Shown: positions 40,636-51,626 of the stretch, one piece after another
Numbering within the stretch: the stretch's first letter is position 1
Layout of the letters: each line of letters starts with the position of its first letter
Assembly: GCA_016930515.1 (NCBI GenBank)
Contig: JAFGGO010000061.1
Coordinates: 1 to 64,000, forward strand
Source: Promethearchaeota archaeon
Lineage (GTDB): Archaea; Asgardarchaeota; Lokiarchaeia; Sigyniarchaeales; SOKP01
Direction of reading: 5' to 3'
Length of the DNA stretch: 64,000 nucleotides
Program-made: the position numbers and the translations under genes
Notes under the pieces: model-generated
The model's database searches: none
Seen by the model: the letters and a program-made list of their open reading frames with translations, nothing else
Told to the model about the DNA's origin: nothing

Positions 40636-41973
40636 TTGATATATTTGAAAAATAAATTAGAAGAAATTCGGTCGATTTTAATCGAGCACCATCAAGAAAT
40701 TCGCAGTGCGATCCCACTCATTGCGTCCGAAAACATCACGAGCCCCGCTGTTGATGAGGCGTGTAATTGCGATTTTAGCCATCGATACGCAGAAGGATGG
40801 GTAGGACAGCGAGTGTACGCTGGTTGTAAATACATTGACAAGATAGAAAGTCTTTGTATGGACCTCACAAAGGAATATTTCAATTGTTGTTTTGCTGATG
40901 TAAGACCAATTTCGGGCGTCATGGCAAATCTCGTCTTGTATAACGCTTTTACTTCACGAAATCATGGAAAGATGATGGCAATGCCCATACCAAAAGGAGG
41001 CCACATCAGCCACGCCCCATTTGAGACCTCTAACGGACGCAAAATTTACGGTACTGCGGGAACCGTTAGAGGATTGGATATTAAATATTTCGCCTTTGAC
41101 GAGGAAAATATGAACCTTGATGTAGATGCATCAGCCAAAATCATACGAGAATTTAAACCAGAGATGGTATTGTTCGGGGGTTCTGTGTTTCTTTTTCCAC
41201 ATCCCGTCAAGGAATTAAGTGAAGTAGCAAAAGAGATAGGTGCGCATGTTGGATATGATGGCGCTCACGTGGCTGGACTAATCGGATCGGGGTATTTTCA
41301 AGATCCCTTGCGAGAAGGCGCAGACGCAATGAGTCTCAGTTGCCACAAGACTTTACCTGGCCCCCAAACAGGCGCGGTAGTCTCAAACAGGGAGGATTTA
41401 GTAGAAGACTTGAAAAACGCTGCCTTTCCGTCATTATTTTCGAACCATCACTTGCATAATATAGCAGGATTTGCCGTAGCACTTACCGAGATGTTAGAAT
41501 TTGGGAAGAAATATCACGAAAAAGTGATTAAAAACGCTCAAGCTTTAGGTTCTGCTTTGCAAGAACGGGGATTTAAGGTGCTTTGTGAACATTTAGGATT
41601 TACTAAATCACACCAGATCGTTATCGATATTGGAAATTTTGAAAAAACTGTAGGTCTTGGAGGAACTTTAGAGGCACTCTTAGAAGAAGCAAATATAATC
41701 GTTAATAGGAACCTACTTCCTTGGGACATACGAGAAGGAAGGCACTATATGAATCCGGGAGGTCTAAGGCTCGGAACATCGGAAGTTACAAGGTTAGGAA
41801 TGAATGAAAGCGAAATGGTCGAAATAGCTGAATTTTTCAAAAAAATCATTGTTGAACAACAAGATCCAAAGAAAGTTAGGAGAGAAGTTGCTGAATTCAA
41901 GGAACAATTCCAAGAAGTTAAGTACTGCTTTCAATCACCTAATAAGGCTTATGAATACCTGAAGTTTTATTAG
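40636..41973 (+). CDS. glyA: Serine hydroxymethyltransferase
   Basis: LIASEN, RYAEG, GGHISH, YDGAH, HKTLPGPQ, GLRLGT. Confidence 0.95.
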   Translation: MIYLKNKLEEIRSILIEHHQEIRSAIPLIASENITSPAVDEACNCDFSHRYAEGWVGQRVYAGCKYIDKIESLCMDLTKEYFNCCFADVRPISGVMANLVLYNAFTSRNHGKMMAMPIPKGGHISHAPFETSNGRKIYGTAGTVRGLDIKYFAFDEENMNLDVDASAKIIREFKPEMVLFGGSVFLFPHPVKELSEVAKEIGAHVGYDGAHVAGLIGSGYFQDPLREGADAMSLSCHKTLPGPQTGAVVSNREDLVEDLKNAAFPSLFSNHHLHNIAGFAVALTEMLEFGKKYHEKVIKNAQALGSALQERGFKVLCEHLGFTKSHQIVIDIGNFEKTVGLGGTLEALLEEANIIVNRNLLPWDIREGRHYMNPGGLRLGTSEVTRLGMNESEMVEIAEFFKKIIVEQQDPKKVRREVAEFKEQFQEVKYCFQSPNKAYEYLKFY

Positions 41974-42095
41974 ATTTAGTTTTTATTTTAAAATTTTACT
42001 TTTAATTTTTTATGAATGGATTCTTTAAAAGAAAAATTTAATTTTTATGCTGCACTCTTCCTTTTAATTACGATTTATTTTTTGTGTATTAAATA

Positions 42096-42935
42096 ATGTC
42101 AAGCCTCGAAATTCTTGAACAAGACGATTACAATTTAGTATTTGTGCTTGAGGGTATTTCAATCGAGATGGTAAACGCCATTCGAAGAATAATGTTAACT
42201 GAAATTCCCGTCATGGCAATAGACGAAGTCATCATTCTAAAAAATGATAGCCCTCTTTACGACGAAATAGTTTCTCATCGTCTTGGAATGATACCCTTGA
42301 AAACCGATTTAGACGCTTATAGGCTTCCGAGCGAATGTGAGTGTGATGGATTTGGCTGTCCCCTTTGTCAAGTTTCTTTAACTTGCGAAATTCAAAACAC
42401 TTCAAACTCGCCCATCACGGTCTTTTCGGGAGATTTAAAATCAAACGATCCCGTGATCGTGCCCGTGTCCCCCGATATTCCAATTTTAAAAATTGATAAA
42501 AACAATAGCGTGATAATCGAGGCATATGCTAAATTGGGTCACGCAAGAGAGCACATGAAATGGCAGGCAGTATCGAACGTTCATTTCCGATTGTATCCAA
42601 AAGTAGATTTTGACGATTCCAAATGTGCAAAATGTCAGGATAAATGTGTTGTATCTAGACTGTGTCCTAAAAATTTATATGATTTCTCGGACAAGAAAAC
42701 ACCAAAGCTTGAAAAAGATTATTGGAAAACTTGCGATCTATGCAATGCCTGCCGGGATGCTTGCCCAGAAAAGGCCATTAAATTAGGAAAAATTAAAGAT
42801 AAGTATATTTTCGTCGTTGAAAGCGATGGAGTATTACCTTTCGATATTGTTATTAAGAAAACTTTTGAAATTTTTAACGAAAAAATTCGCGAGTTCGAAG
42901 AAAAATTGGAAGAAGTTGAAATCCAAGAACCCTAA
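42096..42935 (+). CDS. rpoD: RNA polymerase subunit D (Rpo3) with ferredoxin-like insertion
   Basis: NAIRR, NDSPLYDEI.SHRLGMIP, EHMKW, VESDG; CDLCNACRDACP. Confidence 0.95.
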   Translation: MSSLEILEQDDYNLVFVLEGISIEMVNAIRRIMLTEIPVMAIDEVIILKNDSPLYDEIVSHRLGMIPLKTDLDAYRLPSECECDGFGCPLCQVSLTCEIQNTSNSPITVFSGDLKSNDPVIVPVSPDIPILKIDKNNSVIIEAYAKLGHAREHMKWQAVSNVHFRLYPKVDFDDSKCAKCQDKCVVSRLCPKNLYDFSDKKTPKLEKDYWKTCDLCNACRDACPEKAIKLGKIKDKYIFVVESDGVLPFDIVIKKTFEIFNEKIREFEEKLEEVEIQEP

Positions 42936-43021
42936 AATTTTCTATTTGAAGCTATATCAAAAAATTATTAAAATATCACATATTATCATCATTATCAATT
43001 TAAATGTGAAGTGTATCATAA

Positions 43022-43378
43022 ATGAGTCATCGCATAACAGGTCCATCTGACTATTACAACCGAAAACTTATAAGAGACTTGTGGAAGACGAAAAGAAGGA
43101 TTTGGAGAAATATTAGTAAGAAGTTGTCCAATTCGAGACGCCTCCGAGTCGAAGCAAACCTATACCGAATAAACAATAAAACAAAAAAAGACGATGTCAT
43201 CGTAATCCCAGGAAAAGTATTGGGCAATGGTGACCTGACTCACAAGCTTACAATATCGTGTTTAGATTGTTCTGAGTCTGCAAAGAAGAAGATCGAGCAA
43301 TCCGGGAGCAAGCTTCTTTCCATTGACGAGCTCTTAGAGCAAAATCCTACGGGGAAAAATGTGAAAATATTTTATTAG
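43022..43378 (+). CDS. rpl18e: 50S ribosomal protein eL18
   Basis: IW..ISKKL, VIPGKVLGNG, EQNPTG. Confidence 0.93.
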   Translation: MSHRITGPSDYYNRKLIRDLWKTKRRIWRNISKKLSNSRRLRVEANLYRINNKTKKDDVIVIPGKVLGNGDLTHKLTISCLDCSESAKKKIEQSGSKLLSIDELLEQNPTGKNVKIFY

Positions 43379-43403
43379 AAATAAGGAACGAGAAGAACAA
43401 ATC

Positions 43404-43874
43404 ATGCAAGAACATCTATTATTAGACGCAACGAACCAAATTCTAGGGAGATTTTGCAGTCAAGTAGCCAAGAAAGTGCTTTTAGGAGAAAATGTGGTCA
43501 TAATTAATGCTAAACACGCAATAATTAGTGGAAACAAGAGAAATATTCACGAAAAATTCTTAGCACGCTTAGAAATAAGTACGGCTACTAATCCAACTCG
43601 AGGCCCTTTCTGGCCAAGACGTCCCGACACCTTAATGCGGAGCATCATTAAAAAAATGCTTCCAAGGAAAAAGAGAAGGGGAAAAGAAGCTATAAGAAGA
43701 GTCCACATATATATCACCGATATTCCAGAAAGATTTAAAAATCGATATCAAAAACTCGTACCTGGAGAAATTCCAAACGCAGACAAGAAACGACTTTCAT
43801 ATTACAACAAGTTCATCACATTGGAGAATTTATGTTCTCGTATTGGATGGAACAATCAGCAACTTGAGGTATAA
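43404..43874 (+). CDS. rpl13: 50S ribosomal protein uL13
   Basis: DATNQILGR, GPFWPRRPD, MLP. Confidence 0.93.
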   Translation: MQEHLLLDATNQILGRFCSQVAKKVLLGENVVIINAKHAIISGNKRNIHEKFLARLEISTATNPTRGPFWPRRPDTLMRSIIKKMLPRKKRRGKEAIRRVHIYITDIPERFKNRYQKLVPGEIPNADKKRLSYYNKFITLENLCSRIGWNNQQLEV

Positions 43875-43879
43875 AATAA

Positions 43880-44296
43880 ATGTCAACGAAAAGCAAGGTC
43901 ATACAAGCAAGCGGAAAGAGAAAAACAGCCGTTGCACGTGCTGTCCTGCATTATCCCGCTAAAGGCATTATTAAAATAAATAACGTCCCCTTAGACTTAT
44001 ATGAACCCGAAATCGAAAAACTCAGGATAAAAGAAGTTTTGGAAATCGTAAATCATCCAAAAATGGAAAAGGCAGATATTTCCATTAAAGTGACTGGTGG
44101 AGGACGCAAGGGACAGACTGAGGCTGTAAGAATGGCCATGGCAAAAGCGCTACACAAGCTCATAGGAACAAAAACTATCGAACGCATGTTTCGAGAATAC
44201 GATAACTCCCTTCTAAGCGGTGATTCGAGACGAACAGAACCAAAAAAGTTCGGTGGCAAGAAGGCGAGGGCAAGACGCCAAAAATCATTTAGGTAA
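43880..44296 (+). CDS. rps9: 30S ribosomal protein uS9
   Basis: GKRKTAVARA, GGG..GQ, EPKKFGG..ARARRQKSFR. Confidence 0.96.
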   Translation: MSTKSKVIQASGKRKTAVARAVLHYPAKGIIKINNVPLDLYEPEIEKLRIKEVLEIVNHPKMEKADISIKVTGGGRKGQTEAVRMAMAKALHKLIGTKTIERMFREYDNSLLSGDSRRTEPKKFGGKKARARRQKSFR

Positions 44297-44343
44297 GGCT
44301 TGTTATTTCTATTTTGTACAACTCTTTAAATAAATAAAAACAA

Positions 44344-45726
44344 TTAAATCTCATCTACATGATAGAGATTAATATTTGTACCTAAATTTTGAAAGTGTTC
44401 AATGAAATTAGGATAAGAATCTCCTACAATGTCAGCACGTTTTATTAAAGATGGAGAATCCGCATGCATTGCTGCTACGAAACACGCCATTGCAATTCTA
44501 TGGTCATCCTCGTGATCTATCTCAGAAGCTTTTAAAGTATTACAGTGATAAACAATCATTTTATTTGATTCTTCTTCAATCTTCACACCCATCTTAGTTA
44601 ATTCACGAGCCATCACGGCAACACGATCGCTTTCTTTTTTTCGTATGTGGGACAGGTTGTATAATTCGGTATTTCCTTCGGCAATAGCACCCACGACAGA
44701 AAGTATTGGGAAAAGATCGGGTGTTTCGAGGCAATCAATTTTAATTCCGTGTAGTGGATATTTATTTCGATTACCAATGACGATTACTTGCTTTTTATCG
44801 ATGTCTACTTCGATGTGCGCACCCATTTCTCGCAATAATTCAATTATTCTTTTATCACCTTGAGAACGCGCGTAATCCATATTTCTGATAACTACCAACG
44901 ATTCTTCGGTTGTTAACGCCGTTGCGGCGATCACAAATGCTGCAGACGAAAAATCTCCTGGAACTTCATACACCCGAGGTCTTATCTGTTGATTGCATGG
45001 AACGGAATAAGTTCCTATTCTTTTATCGTCTAATCGTTCGAATACGGTTATTCCAAACGACCTTAAGGCGTCTAAAGTTATTTGTATGTAAGGATAAGAA
45101 ACCAAGGGCGTGGTTATCTCAATTTCAACATATTTTTGTTCCCCACACGATAATTTCGTTGCCATTATTAGCAAGGCTGTTATGAATTGGGAGCTTATAT
45201 CTCCTTTAATCGAGATTTTATCGCACTTTGAACTCGTTCTTTGAATTTTCAAAAGATTTTCCGAAAATTCGTATTCCCCTCCTACATAATTAAGTGCATT
45301 TAACAATTCGGCAATTGGCCGCTTTCGCTTTAAAAACTCTCCCGTAAACGAAAGACCACCTTTAACCAATAAGGCAAGGGCGCTGAAAATCCGTATAGAT
45401 GTACCAGAATTCTTGCAATCAATGACTTTCTCAATCGACTTGTACGATGATTGGTCCCTTTTAATCACGACTTTGTTATCCGATAGTGGTAAAATATTAA
45501 CGCCTAAAGATTTTAAAATATCTATAGTCACGCTGACGTCTCCCGAAATCAAGGGATTTTTCACGATTGAAACGCCTTCAGCAAAACTAGCTATTATGAA
45601 CGCCCTATGAGAGTAGCTTTTTGAACCAGGTATGTATATTTCTCCGTTGAGTTTTGGCGTTGGATTAATTACAACATCCATCAAATTATTAGTAGGACAT
45701 TCTACTAAATTAATTTTAGCATTCAT
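44344..45726 (-). CDS. aroA: EPSP synthase
   Basis: PGSKSYSHR, NSGTSIR, SSQF, PGDFSSA, KESDR, DHRIAM; start may be about 45681. Confidence 0.95.
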   Translation of the reverse strand: MNAKINLVECPTNNLMDVVINPTPKLNGEIYIPGSKSYSHRAFIIASFAEGVSIVKNPLISGDVSVTIDILKSLGVNILPLSDNKVVIKRDQSSYKSIEKVIDCKNSGTSIRIFSALALLVKGGLSFTGEFLKRKRPIAELLNALNYVGGEYEFSENLLKIQRTSSKCDKISIKGDISSQFITALLIMATKLSCGEQKYVEIEITTPLVSYPYIQITLDALRSFGITVFERLDDKRIGTYSVPCNQQIRPRVYEVPGDFSSAAFVIAATALTTEESLVVIRNMDYARSQGDKRIIELLREMGAHIEVDIDKKQVIVIGNRNKYPLHGIKIDCLETPDLFPILSVVGAIAEGNTELYNLSHIRKKESDRVAVMARELTKMGVKIEEESNKMIVYHCNTLKASEIDHEDDHRIAMACFVAAMHADSPSLIKRADIVGDSYPNFIEHFQNLGTNINLYHVDEI

Positions 45727-46060
45727 TTTGATATGATTAATAATGATAATTATACTTCTTTGAATTAAATCGAATAAATCAAATTCGCGTCTTTATGTGG
45801 TAAGTGTGAATTTTCTTTCTTTTTATATTGCTTCTTTAACCTACTTAAAATAAAATTAACAAATTACTCTTAATTGGATTTATGTTAGAAATTTGATCTG
45901 TTTATATCAAAACATTTTTGAGGATTATTTTCGTGAAGCGAGCTATAAGACGAAAAAGTAATTTCAAATAAGGACCTATAATAAGAGATTCTAAGGGGAA
46001 ATTTGAATTTTAGAAAAGAATTACCAGGACATTAAATATAAATGATATGATTTTGATTTA

Positions 46061-48007
46061 CTATCTTTTTGGAATTTTAATATATTCTCTTAAGCTTTTA
46101 AAATTATTCAAATTAAAGTGAGGGAAATACATGGCCTCGGCAAACTCTCGTTGAAATTCGGCTCTCGATGCTAATTCAAGGTATTTTACTTGTTTGGAAA
46201 GATTCAAGGCTTTTTTTCTAAGATCCTTGTTAATCAATAAGTATTGCGCTCCAATACCCGCTGCGTTTCCTATTTGAAATATTTTCTCGATAGGAATGTC
46301 TGGAATCATGCCAATGAATCTTGCGTTTTCTTTACTTATATAATTTCCGAAAGCTCCGGCCAAGAAGATTTGCTCGATATTCGCTTTAGATTCTTCTAGT
46401 TGATTGAGGTAATTTAGAATGATTTTTGCTCCTGAATAGAAAGCACCTTTAGCCATCTGAATTTGCCTGACATCATCAAGCGATATAGTAATTGCTTTTT
46501 TTAAATTCGTGTGTTTTTTCTTCACAACTACGAATTCAGCCCCATTCTCGGTTTCAACAAAATGACCGGTATTCAAGAATTCCTTGTTGAAATTACCACT
46601 TCTTGTAAGGAGCTTGACCTTTAAAAGTTCCGCAATCAAATCTATCAGGCCCGAACCGCATATTCCAATGGGATTCTTGTTATAAATGGTGGTATAATCG
46701 ACTTCGTAAGTCCGGGGATCTATTTTTACCGTGTCTATTGCACCTGCCGCTGCTCTCATACCATTTTTAATGTGTGCTCCTTCTAAGGCAGATCCTGCTG
46801 CGCAAGAAGATGTTATTATATTTTTCTGGTTTCCCACAATGATCTCTCCGTTCGTTCCTATGTCTATTGCTAGAGTTAAATCTTCTTCTTGTTCGATTTC
46901 AGACGAGATCATGACACCCATGGTATCCGCACCAACGAATCCCGCTATGAGCGGTGCAATATACACATTGCCAAATGGGCAGATATTCAAGTTTATCTCT
47001 CTTGCCTTGATGTTTAGATCGCTTTTAAAGACAGGAACATAGGGACTACGACCGATGTGTATGGGATCCACTCCCAAAAAGATGTGGTGCATAACGGGAT
47101 TTCCCACGACTGATGCCTCGTAAATTTGAGAAGATAATATTCCAACAACAGAACAAGTCTCGTGAATTATGTCGTTTAAAGCCTTATCAACTGCATCTTT
47201 CATTAGGGCAAGACCTTTTTTTTTTTCAATTCCGTAGTAAATACGAGCAATCACATCTTCACCGAAGGCTGTTTGCGGATTGAGCCGGGAACCGATGGCA
47301 CGAATCTTGCCATCCTCAAGGTTAATTAAATAACCTACAATAGTTGTTGTCCCTATATCAAATGCAATGCCATAATTATCTTCTGTCGTGTTTCCACCTT
47401 CACAATCGATGATCTCGCAATCGTTCCAAATGCTCAGCGTGATTTCATGGTTATTTTTTCGCAAAATCGAAGGAATTTTCCGTAATGATGCCACATTGAT
47501 CTCTTTTAATGTTTTTAAGCTAGACTTACGAATTAATGAAGCTAAAATCCTTTCAAGATCAGGCAAGGGGGATTCCAAGGACGGCTCGTCGACTTTAATA
47601 TATATTTTTTTTATGGTTGGATTGATTTTGATCTCCCTGTTAATTCCAGATGTGAGTATATTAAAATCTTCTAAGAGTAATTCATCTGGCAAATATATTC
47701 TAACTTTTTGAGGACCTTTGATGGTATTAGCGTTGATTTCTCCATTAATAACGCATTGACAAGCTAACCTCCAACCATCTTTGAGTTCCTCAACACTAAG
47801 ATTTTTTTTTTCGGAAGCGGTAGATTGATTCGTGTATTCTAATCCTTTTTCAACCAAAACCTTGCATTTACCACAAGAACCCTTTCCACCACAGAAAGAT
47901 TTTATACTAATCCCAATCTCATGAAGTAATTCAAATGCAGTTTTCCTCCCAGAAAGAAAGACCCTACGAGATATGGGTTCGAAATCGATGATAATATTTT
48001 TATTCAT
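46061..48007 (-). CDS. RACo/AcsV-type ASKHA ATPase with N-terminal [2Fe-2S] (corrinoid reductive activator)
   Basis: CGGKGSCGKC, RLACQ, DIGTTT, DIGTNGE, GICGSG, LAGAFG. Confidence 0.92.
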   Translation of the reverse strand: MNKNIIIDFEPISRRVFLSGRKTAFELLHEIGISIKSFCGGKGSCGKCKVLVEKGLEYTNQSTASEKKNLSVEELKDGWRLACQCVINGEINANTIKGPQKVRIYLPDELLLEDFNILTSGINREIKINPTIKKIYIKVDEPSLESPLPDLERILASLIRKSSLKTLKEINVASLRKIPSILRKNNHEITLSIWNDCEIIDCEGGNTTEDNYGIAFDIGTTTIVGYLINLEDGKIRAIGSRLNPQTAFGEDVIARIYYGIEKKKGLALMKDAVDKALNDIIHETCSVVGILSSQIYEASVVGNPVMHHIFLGVDPIHIGRSPYVPVFKSDLNIKAREINLNICPFGNVYIAPLIAGFVGADTMGVMISSEIEQEEDLTLAIDIGTNGEIIVGNQKNIITSSCAAGSALEGAHIKNGMRAAAGAIDTVKIDPRTYEVDYTTIYNKNPIGICGSGLIDLIAELLKVKLLTRSGNFNKEFLNTGHFVETENGAEFVVVKKKHTNLKKAITISLDDVRQIQMAKGAFYSGAKIILNYLNQLEESKANIEQIFLAGAFGNYISKENARFIGMIPDIPIEKIFQIGNAAGIGAQYLLINKDLRKKALNLSKQVKYLELASRAEFQREFAEAMYFPHFNLNNFKSLREYIKIPKR

Positions 48008-48143
48008 CAGCTTTGGAAATGAACCTTTTGAATTTGAATTTACCTACTATAAAAACGATATTAATTACTTCGCAGGAAAGTGAAGTTTTTTTTAAATGAC
48101 ATCTATTCTTAAAATAGAATTAATAAAAATTCGAGTTTGAGCA

Positions 48144-49253
48144 ATGGGAGACAATACAATTGGGACGAGATTTAAAATCACTTCTTTTGGAGAAAGCCAC
48201 GGAAAGGTCGTTGGGATTGTGATTGACGGAACCCCTGCTGGGTTAGAGCTTGACATTAATTTCTTACTTTCTGAGCTTGAAAAAAGAAAAACAAGTCAGT
48301 CAAGTTTAACAACAAGTAGGGAAGAACCTGATATCCCCGAAATATTATCGGGAATGCTTGATGGTAAAACAACAGGAGCCCCCATATGCTTGATCATACA
48401 TAATAAAGATGTAGATTCTTCAAAATACGAGAAATATAAGGATTTTTTGAGACCGTCCCAAATTGACTATTCTTTATTAAAAAAGCAAGGGGGTTTTGGC
48501 GATTTTAGGGGATCAGGGCGATTCTCGGGAAGGTTAACGGCAGGTTTTGTCATGGCGGGGGCAATTGCAAAGCAAGTATTACAAAAATACGGCATTTCCG
48601 TCTTCTCCTACACTAAACGCATTGGAACCATTAGCGACGAAACAGTTTATGATGTAAGAAATCTTTACAACTTGTTTGAATTAAGAGAAAATTCCTTAGT
48701 GAGAGCTTTAGACCACGAATTGTCTAAAAAAATGGAGAATTCGATAAAAAAAGTTAAATTGGAAAAGGATTCACTAGGAGGAGTTATTAAATGTGTTGTT
48801 TCAGGATTGCCCGAGGGTGTTGGGGGCCCAATGTTTAACAGCATCGAATCAAACTTGGCAAAAGCCATTTTTTCGATCCCTGCGGTCAAGGGAATAGAAT
48901 TTGGGGCAGGATTTAAAGCCACTACGATGAAAGGTTCTGAACACAACGATCCCTGGGTCGTTAAGGATGGAAAAATAACAACTTTAAAAAATGATTCGGG
49001 AGGCATTATTGGAGGTATTTCTATAGGTACACCTATAGAATTTAATGTTGGTTTTAAACCCACACCAACAATTGGAAAGTTACAAAAAACAGTGAGGCTC
49101 AGCACGATGGAACCCGTTGAAATGGCATTTTCCGGTAGGCATGATCCTTGCATCGTGCCTAGAGCTGTTGTAGTTGTCGAAGCGATGACCGCAATTGTAA
49201 TTCTTGACTTCTTGTTACTTGAAGGAAAGATACCTACGGTCTTGAAACCCTAA
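48144..49253 (+). CDS. aroC: Chorismate synthase
   Basis: FGESHG, GR.SGR, IPAVKGIEFG, FKPTPTI, GRHDPCIVPRA. Confidence 0.96.
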   Translation: MGDNTIGTRFKITSFGESHGKVVGIVIDGTPAGLELDINFLLSELEKRKTSQSSLTTSREEPDIPEILSGMLDGKTTGAPICLIIHNKDVDSSKYEKYKDFLRPSQIDYSLLKKQGGFGDFRGSGRFSGRLTAGFVMAGAIAKQVLQKYGISVFSYTKRIGTISDETVYDVRNLYNLFELRENSLVRALDHELSKKMENSIKKVKLEKDSLGGVIKCVVSGLPEGVGGPMFNSIESNLAKAIFSIPAVKGIEFGAGFKATTMKGSEHNDPWVVKDGKITTLKNDSGGIIGGISIGTPIEFNVGFKPTPTIGKLQKTVRLSTMEPVEMAFSGRHDPCIVPRAVVVVEAMTAIVILDFLLLEGKIPTVLKP

Positions 49254-49618
49254 CTGTGGATAGTAATTGTTAGTAAAATGTTTTTCAAGCATAAATCATA
49301 AAAGTGGAATAAAAAAGGTTGATAATCTTGCGATAAAAGAAGTTCATAGAATAAGTCAATTGAATTATAGATGCTCGTTTGAACTATGTGTGTTTTACGA
49401 TAATGGAAGCTTGAAAACAATCGATGGTATATTGGATTTTAAATATTATCTTTATAAAAAAAGATCACTAAGGGTCTTTAATTGGGCGAAATTTACGATT
49501 ATCGAGAAAAGAAAGAAAATTCTGAAGAATAAACTCGTTAATTTATTCATAATTTTCAGATAATTTTTATACATTCAGAACCTTAATAAATATTAAAAAA
49601 AAATTGGAAATGTAAAAG

Positions 49619-49846
49619 ATGAGCAAAAAAATCGATACTAGTGGTCAATTTATTGAATTTTACAAGAAAAAAGGAGATTATCTCGTTGAACTTTCGAACA
49701 ACCATCTCATGAACAAGGAATATAAAAAATCTCTTGAATTGTTAAGTCAAGCTTTCGCAATGTACGAAAAAGGCGGAGCAAACGAATTAGCGGAACAAAC
49801 AAAAGCTAAATTTAATGAAATTAAGGCCAAATATTTTAAAAAATAA
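49619..49846 (+). CDS. Small TPR-like helical hypothetical protein
   Basis: EYKKSLELLSQAFAMYEKGG helix pair. Confidence 0.55.
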   Translation: MSKKIDTSGQFIEFYKKKGDYLVELSNNHLMNKEYKKSLELLSQAFAMYEKGGANELAEQTKAKFNEIKAKYFKK

Positions 49847-49847
49847 A

Positions 49848-50333
49848 TTAATCTTCCATATCACTCAAATGGATTTTAATTTTTTCGATATGTGAACCTT
49901 TCCAGTAGATTTTATTACAATTTGGATTTGAGCAAGTAAAAAATTCGTTGTAAGAACGATATGTCTCTGGTTTGATTATGTCTTTTATAGCATCTTTCTT
50001 TAGAATTTTTTTTAGTAAAGAATTGCAAGCTGAGCACCTAGCTTTTTCTATTGAAAAATCTAATTTCAGACCTAACATTTCTTTGAGATAAATTAGATTT
50101 TTATAAGGATCCAATTCTTCTAGGTAAATACAACTTTTACCAGCTCTTTTAAAAAAAGGAAGGTCTCGAGTAAGAATAATTCTATTAGATTTTAGCGCAA
50201 ATTCAAGAAGTTTGGAATCTGGAGCAGAAGGTTCGACCTGTTCGGCATAAATTGTATCAAATCCAAATATTCTTAACAATCGAGCGAGTTTCCCGACCAT
50301 CGCATCGCATAAAAAAGTCACTTCCTCGGTCAT
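49848..50333 (-). CDS. Mut7-C PIN-like RNase domain protein
   Basis: DAMVGKLARLLR.FGFD, ILTRD, RCSACN, C..C.KIYWKGSH. Confidence 0.92.
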   Translation of the reverse strand: MTEEVTFLCDAMVGKLARLLRIFGFDTIYAEQVEPSAPDSKLLEFALKSNRIILTRDLPFFKRAGKSCIYLEELDPYKNLIYLKEMLGLKLDFSIEKARCSACNSLLKKILKKDAIKDIIKPETYRSYNEFFTCSNPNCNKIYWKGSHIEKIKIHLSDMED

Positions 50334-50445
50334 GATAATAATACTTATTTTTCAGATTTAAGTTAAAAAATATAACTTCAAATTTAATGATAATGACGGA
50401 AATTTATGATATATCTTGATATAGGATAATTGATTTTTATTAATT

Positions 50446-50997
50446 ATGGAATTAAGGATGAATGATCTCGTTGAAAAAGCCGTCAACTTTCATGGCCATC
50501 TATGTCCTGGTCTATTAATAGGAGTTCTTGCGTCTAAATATGTGCTTGAGCACGGTAACGATTTTTCCCTGGACGAAGAACTTGCCGCGATTGTAGAAAA
50601 CGATAACTGTAGTGTTGATGCCCTTCAAGCATTACTTGGAACCACATTTGGGAAAGGAAATCTAATATTCCGCGATTATGGAAAAAATAATTATACAATT
50701 TTCAATCGAACGAATAATAAAGTAATGAAACTAAGCGTTAAAGCCAGGAATTTTGGACAAGCAACACTCACAAGGGAGGAACGACTCGAACAGCTATTAA
50801 AATCCTCACCAGAAGAGATATTTGAAATAACATATTCAGCTGAAATTCCTCCCGAGAAAGCTCATATACACGAATCCATCAAATGTGATAATTGTGGAGA
50901 GCCTACGATGAGCACTCGGATACGGGAATTGAGAGAGAAAAGAGTATGCATTCCGTGTTACGAGAAGTTGAATATGGGAGTTTTTGATATTAAATAA
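50446..50997 (+). CDS. fmdE: FmdE-family protein with C-terminal zinc finger
   Basis: FHGHLCPG, C.VDALQ, T.GKGNL, CDNCGE...CIPC. Confidence 0.9.
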   Translation: MELRMNDLVEKAVNFHGHLCPGLLIGVLASKYVLEHGNDFSLDEELAAIVENDNCSVDALQALLGTTFGKGNLIFRDYGKNNYTIFNRTNNKVMKLSVKARNFGQATLTREERLEQLLKSSPEEIFEITYSAEIPPEKAHIHESIKCDNCGEPTMSTRIRELREKRVCIPCYEKLNMGVFDIK

Positions 50998-51101
50998 TTC
51001 TAATATACATAAAAAATAGGATCCTGACTTTATGAAAGCGTTTATCCAATGTCGAAATTTTTTAAACTCTTATTTAATTACTAAAATTAATTAAGTTTTA
51101 G

Positions 51102-51572
51102 ATGACCTTTAATGGACACCTTCTCAATATGATAATTCGCGAGTTTTCCGAAAAAGATATCGATGAAATAACCGTCTTGATGAAAAAACTTTGTATGCTC
51201 AAGGGACAAGAGTTCGACGAAAGCCGGTGGAGAGATAGCGTGGAAAACAGGCTAAGAAAAGATTCGAAATTAAAGGTCGTCATCGCATTCAATAAAGACA
51301 CTGAAGAAGTCTTGGGAATGGCTCACTTTTCAGTCAGGAACACGGAAAAAGGTTTTCAAATAGGCGTTATCTCAAATCTTATCGTTATTGAAGAAAAACG
51401 ACGAGAAGGAATTGGAGAGAGTTTAATGAGAAAAGGCATAGAATATTTTAGAGAGAACCACATAAATTCCGTGAGACTTGCGCTTAAATCTACTTTAGAT
51501 AACGCAGCAAAAAAATTATTTCTTAAACTCGGTTTTGAACCGATTTTTATGATTTACGAACTAAAACTATAA
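51102..51572 (+). CDS. GNAT acetyltransferase
   Basis: RREGIGESLM, AAKKLFLKLGF. Confidence 0.88.
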   Translation: MTFNGHLLNMIIREFSEKDIDEITVLMKKLCMLKGQEFDESRWRDSVENRLRKDSKLKVVIAFNKDTEEVLGMAHFSVRNTEKGFQIGVISNLIVIEEKRREGIGESLMRKGIEYFRENHINSVRLALKSTLDNAAKKLFLKLGFEPIFMIYELKL

Positions 51573-51626
51573 TGAAAACATAATTAAATAATAATAACTT
51601 CATACTACAAATAAGAGGATACGACT

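Noticed and set aside
49267-49563. 98-aa ORF after aroC
   Set aside because: TTG start, no recognisable motif; cannot be supported
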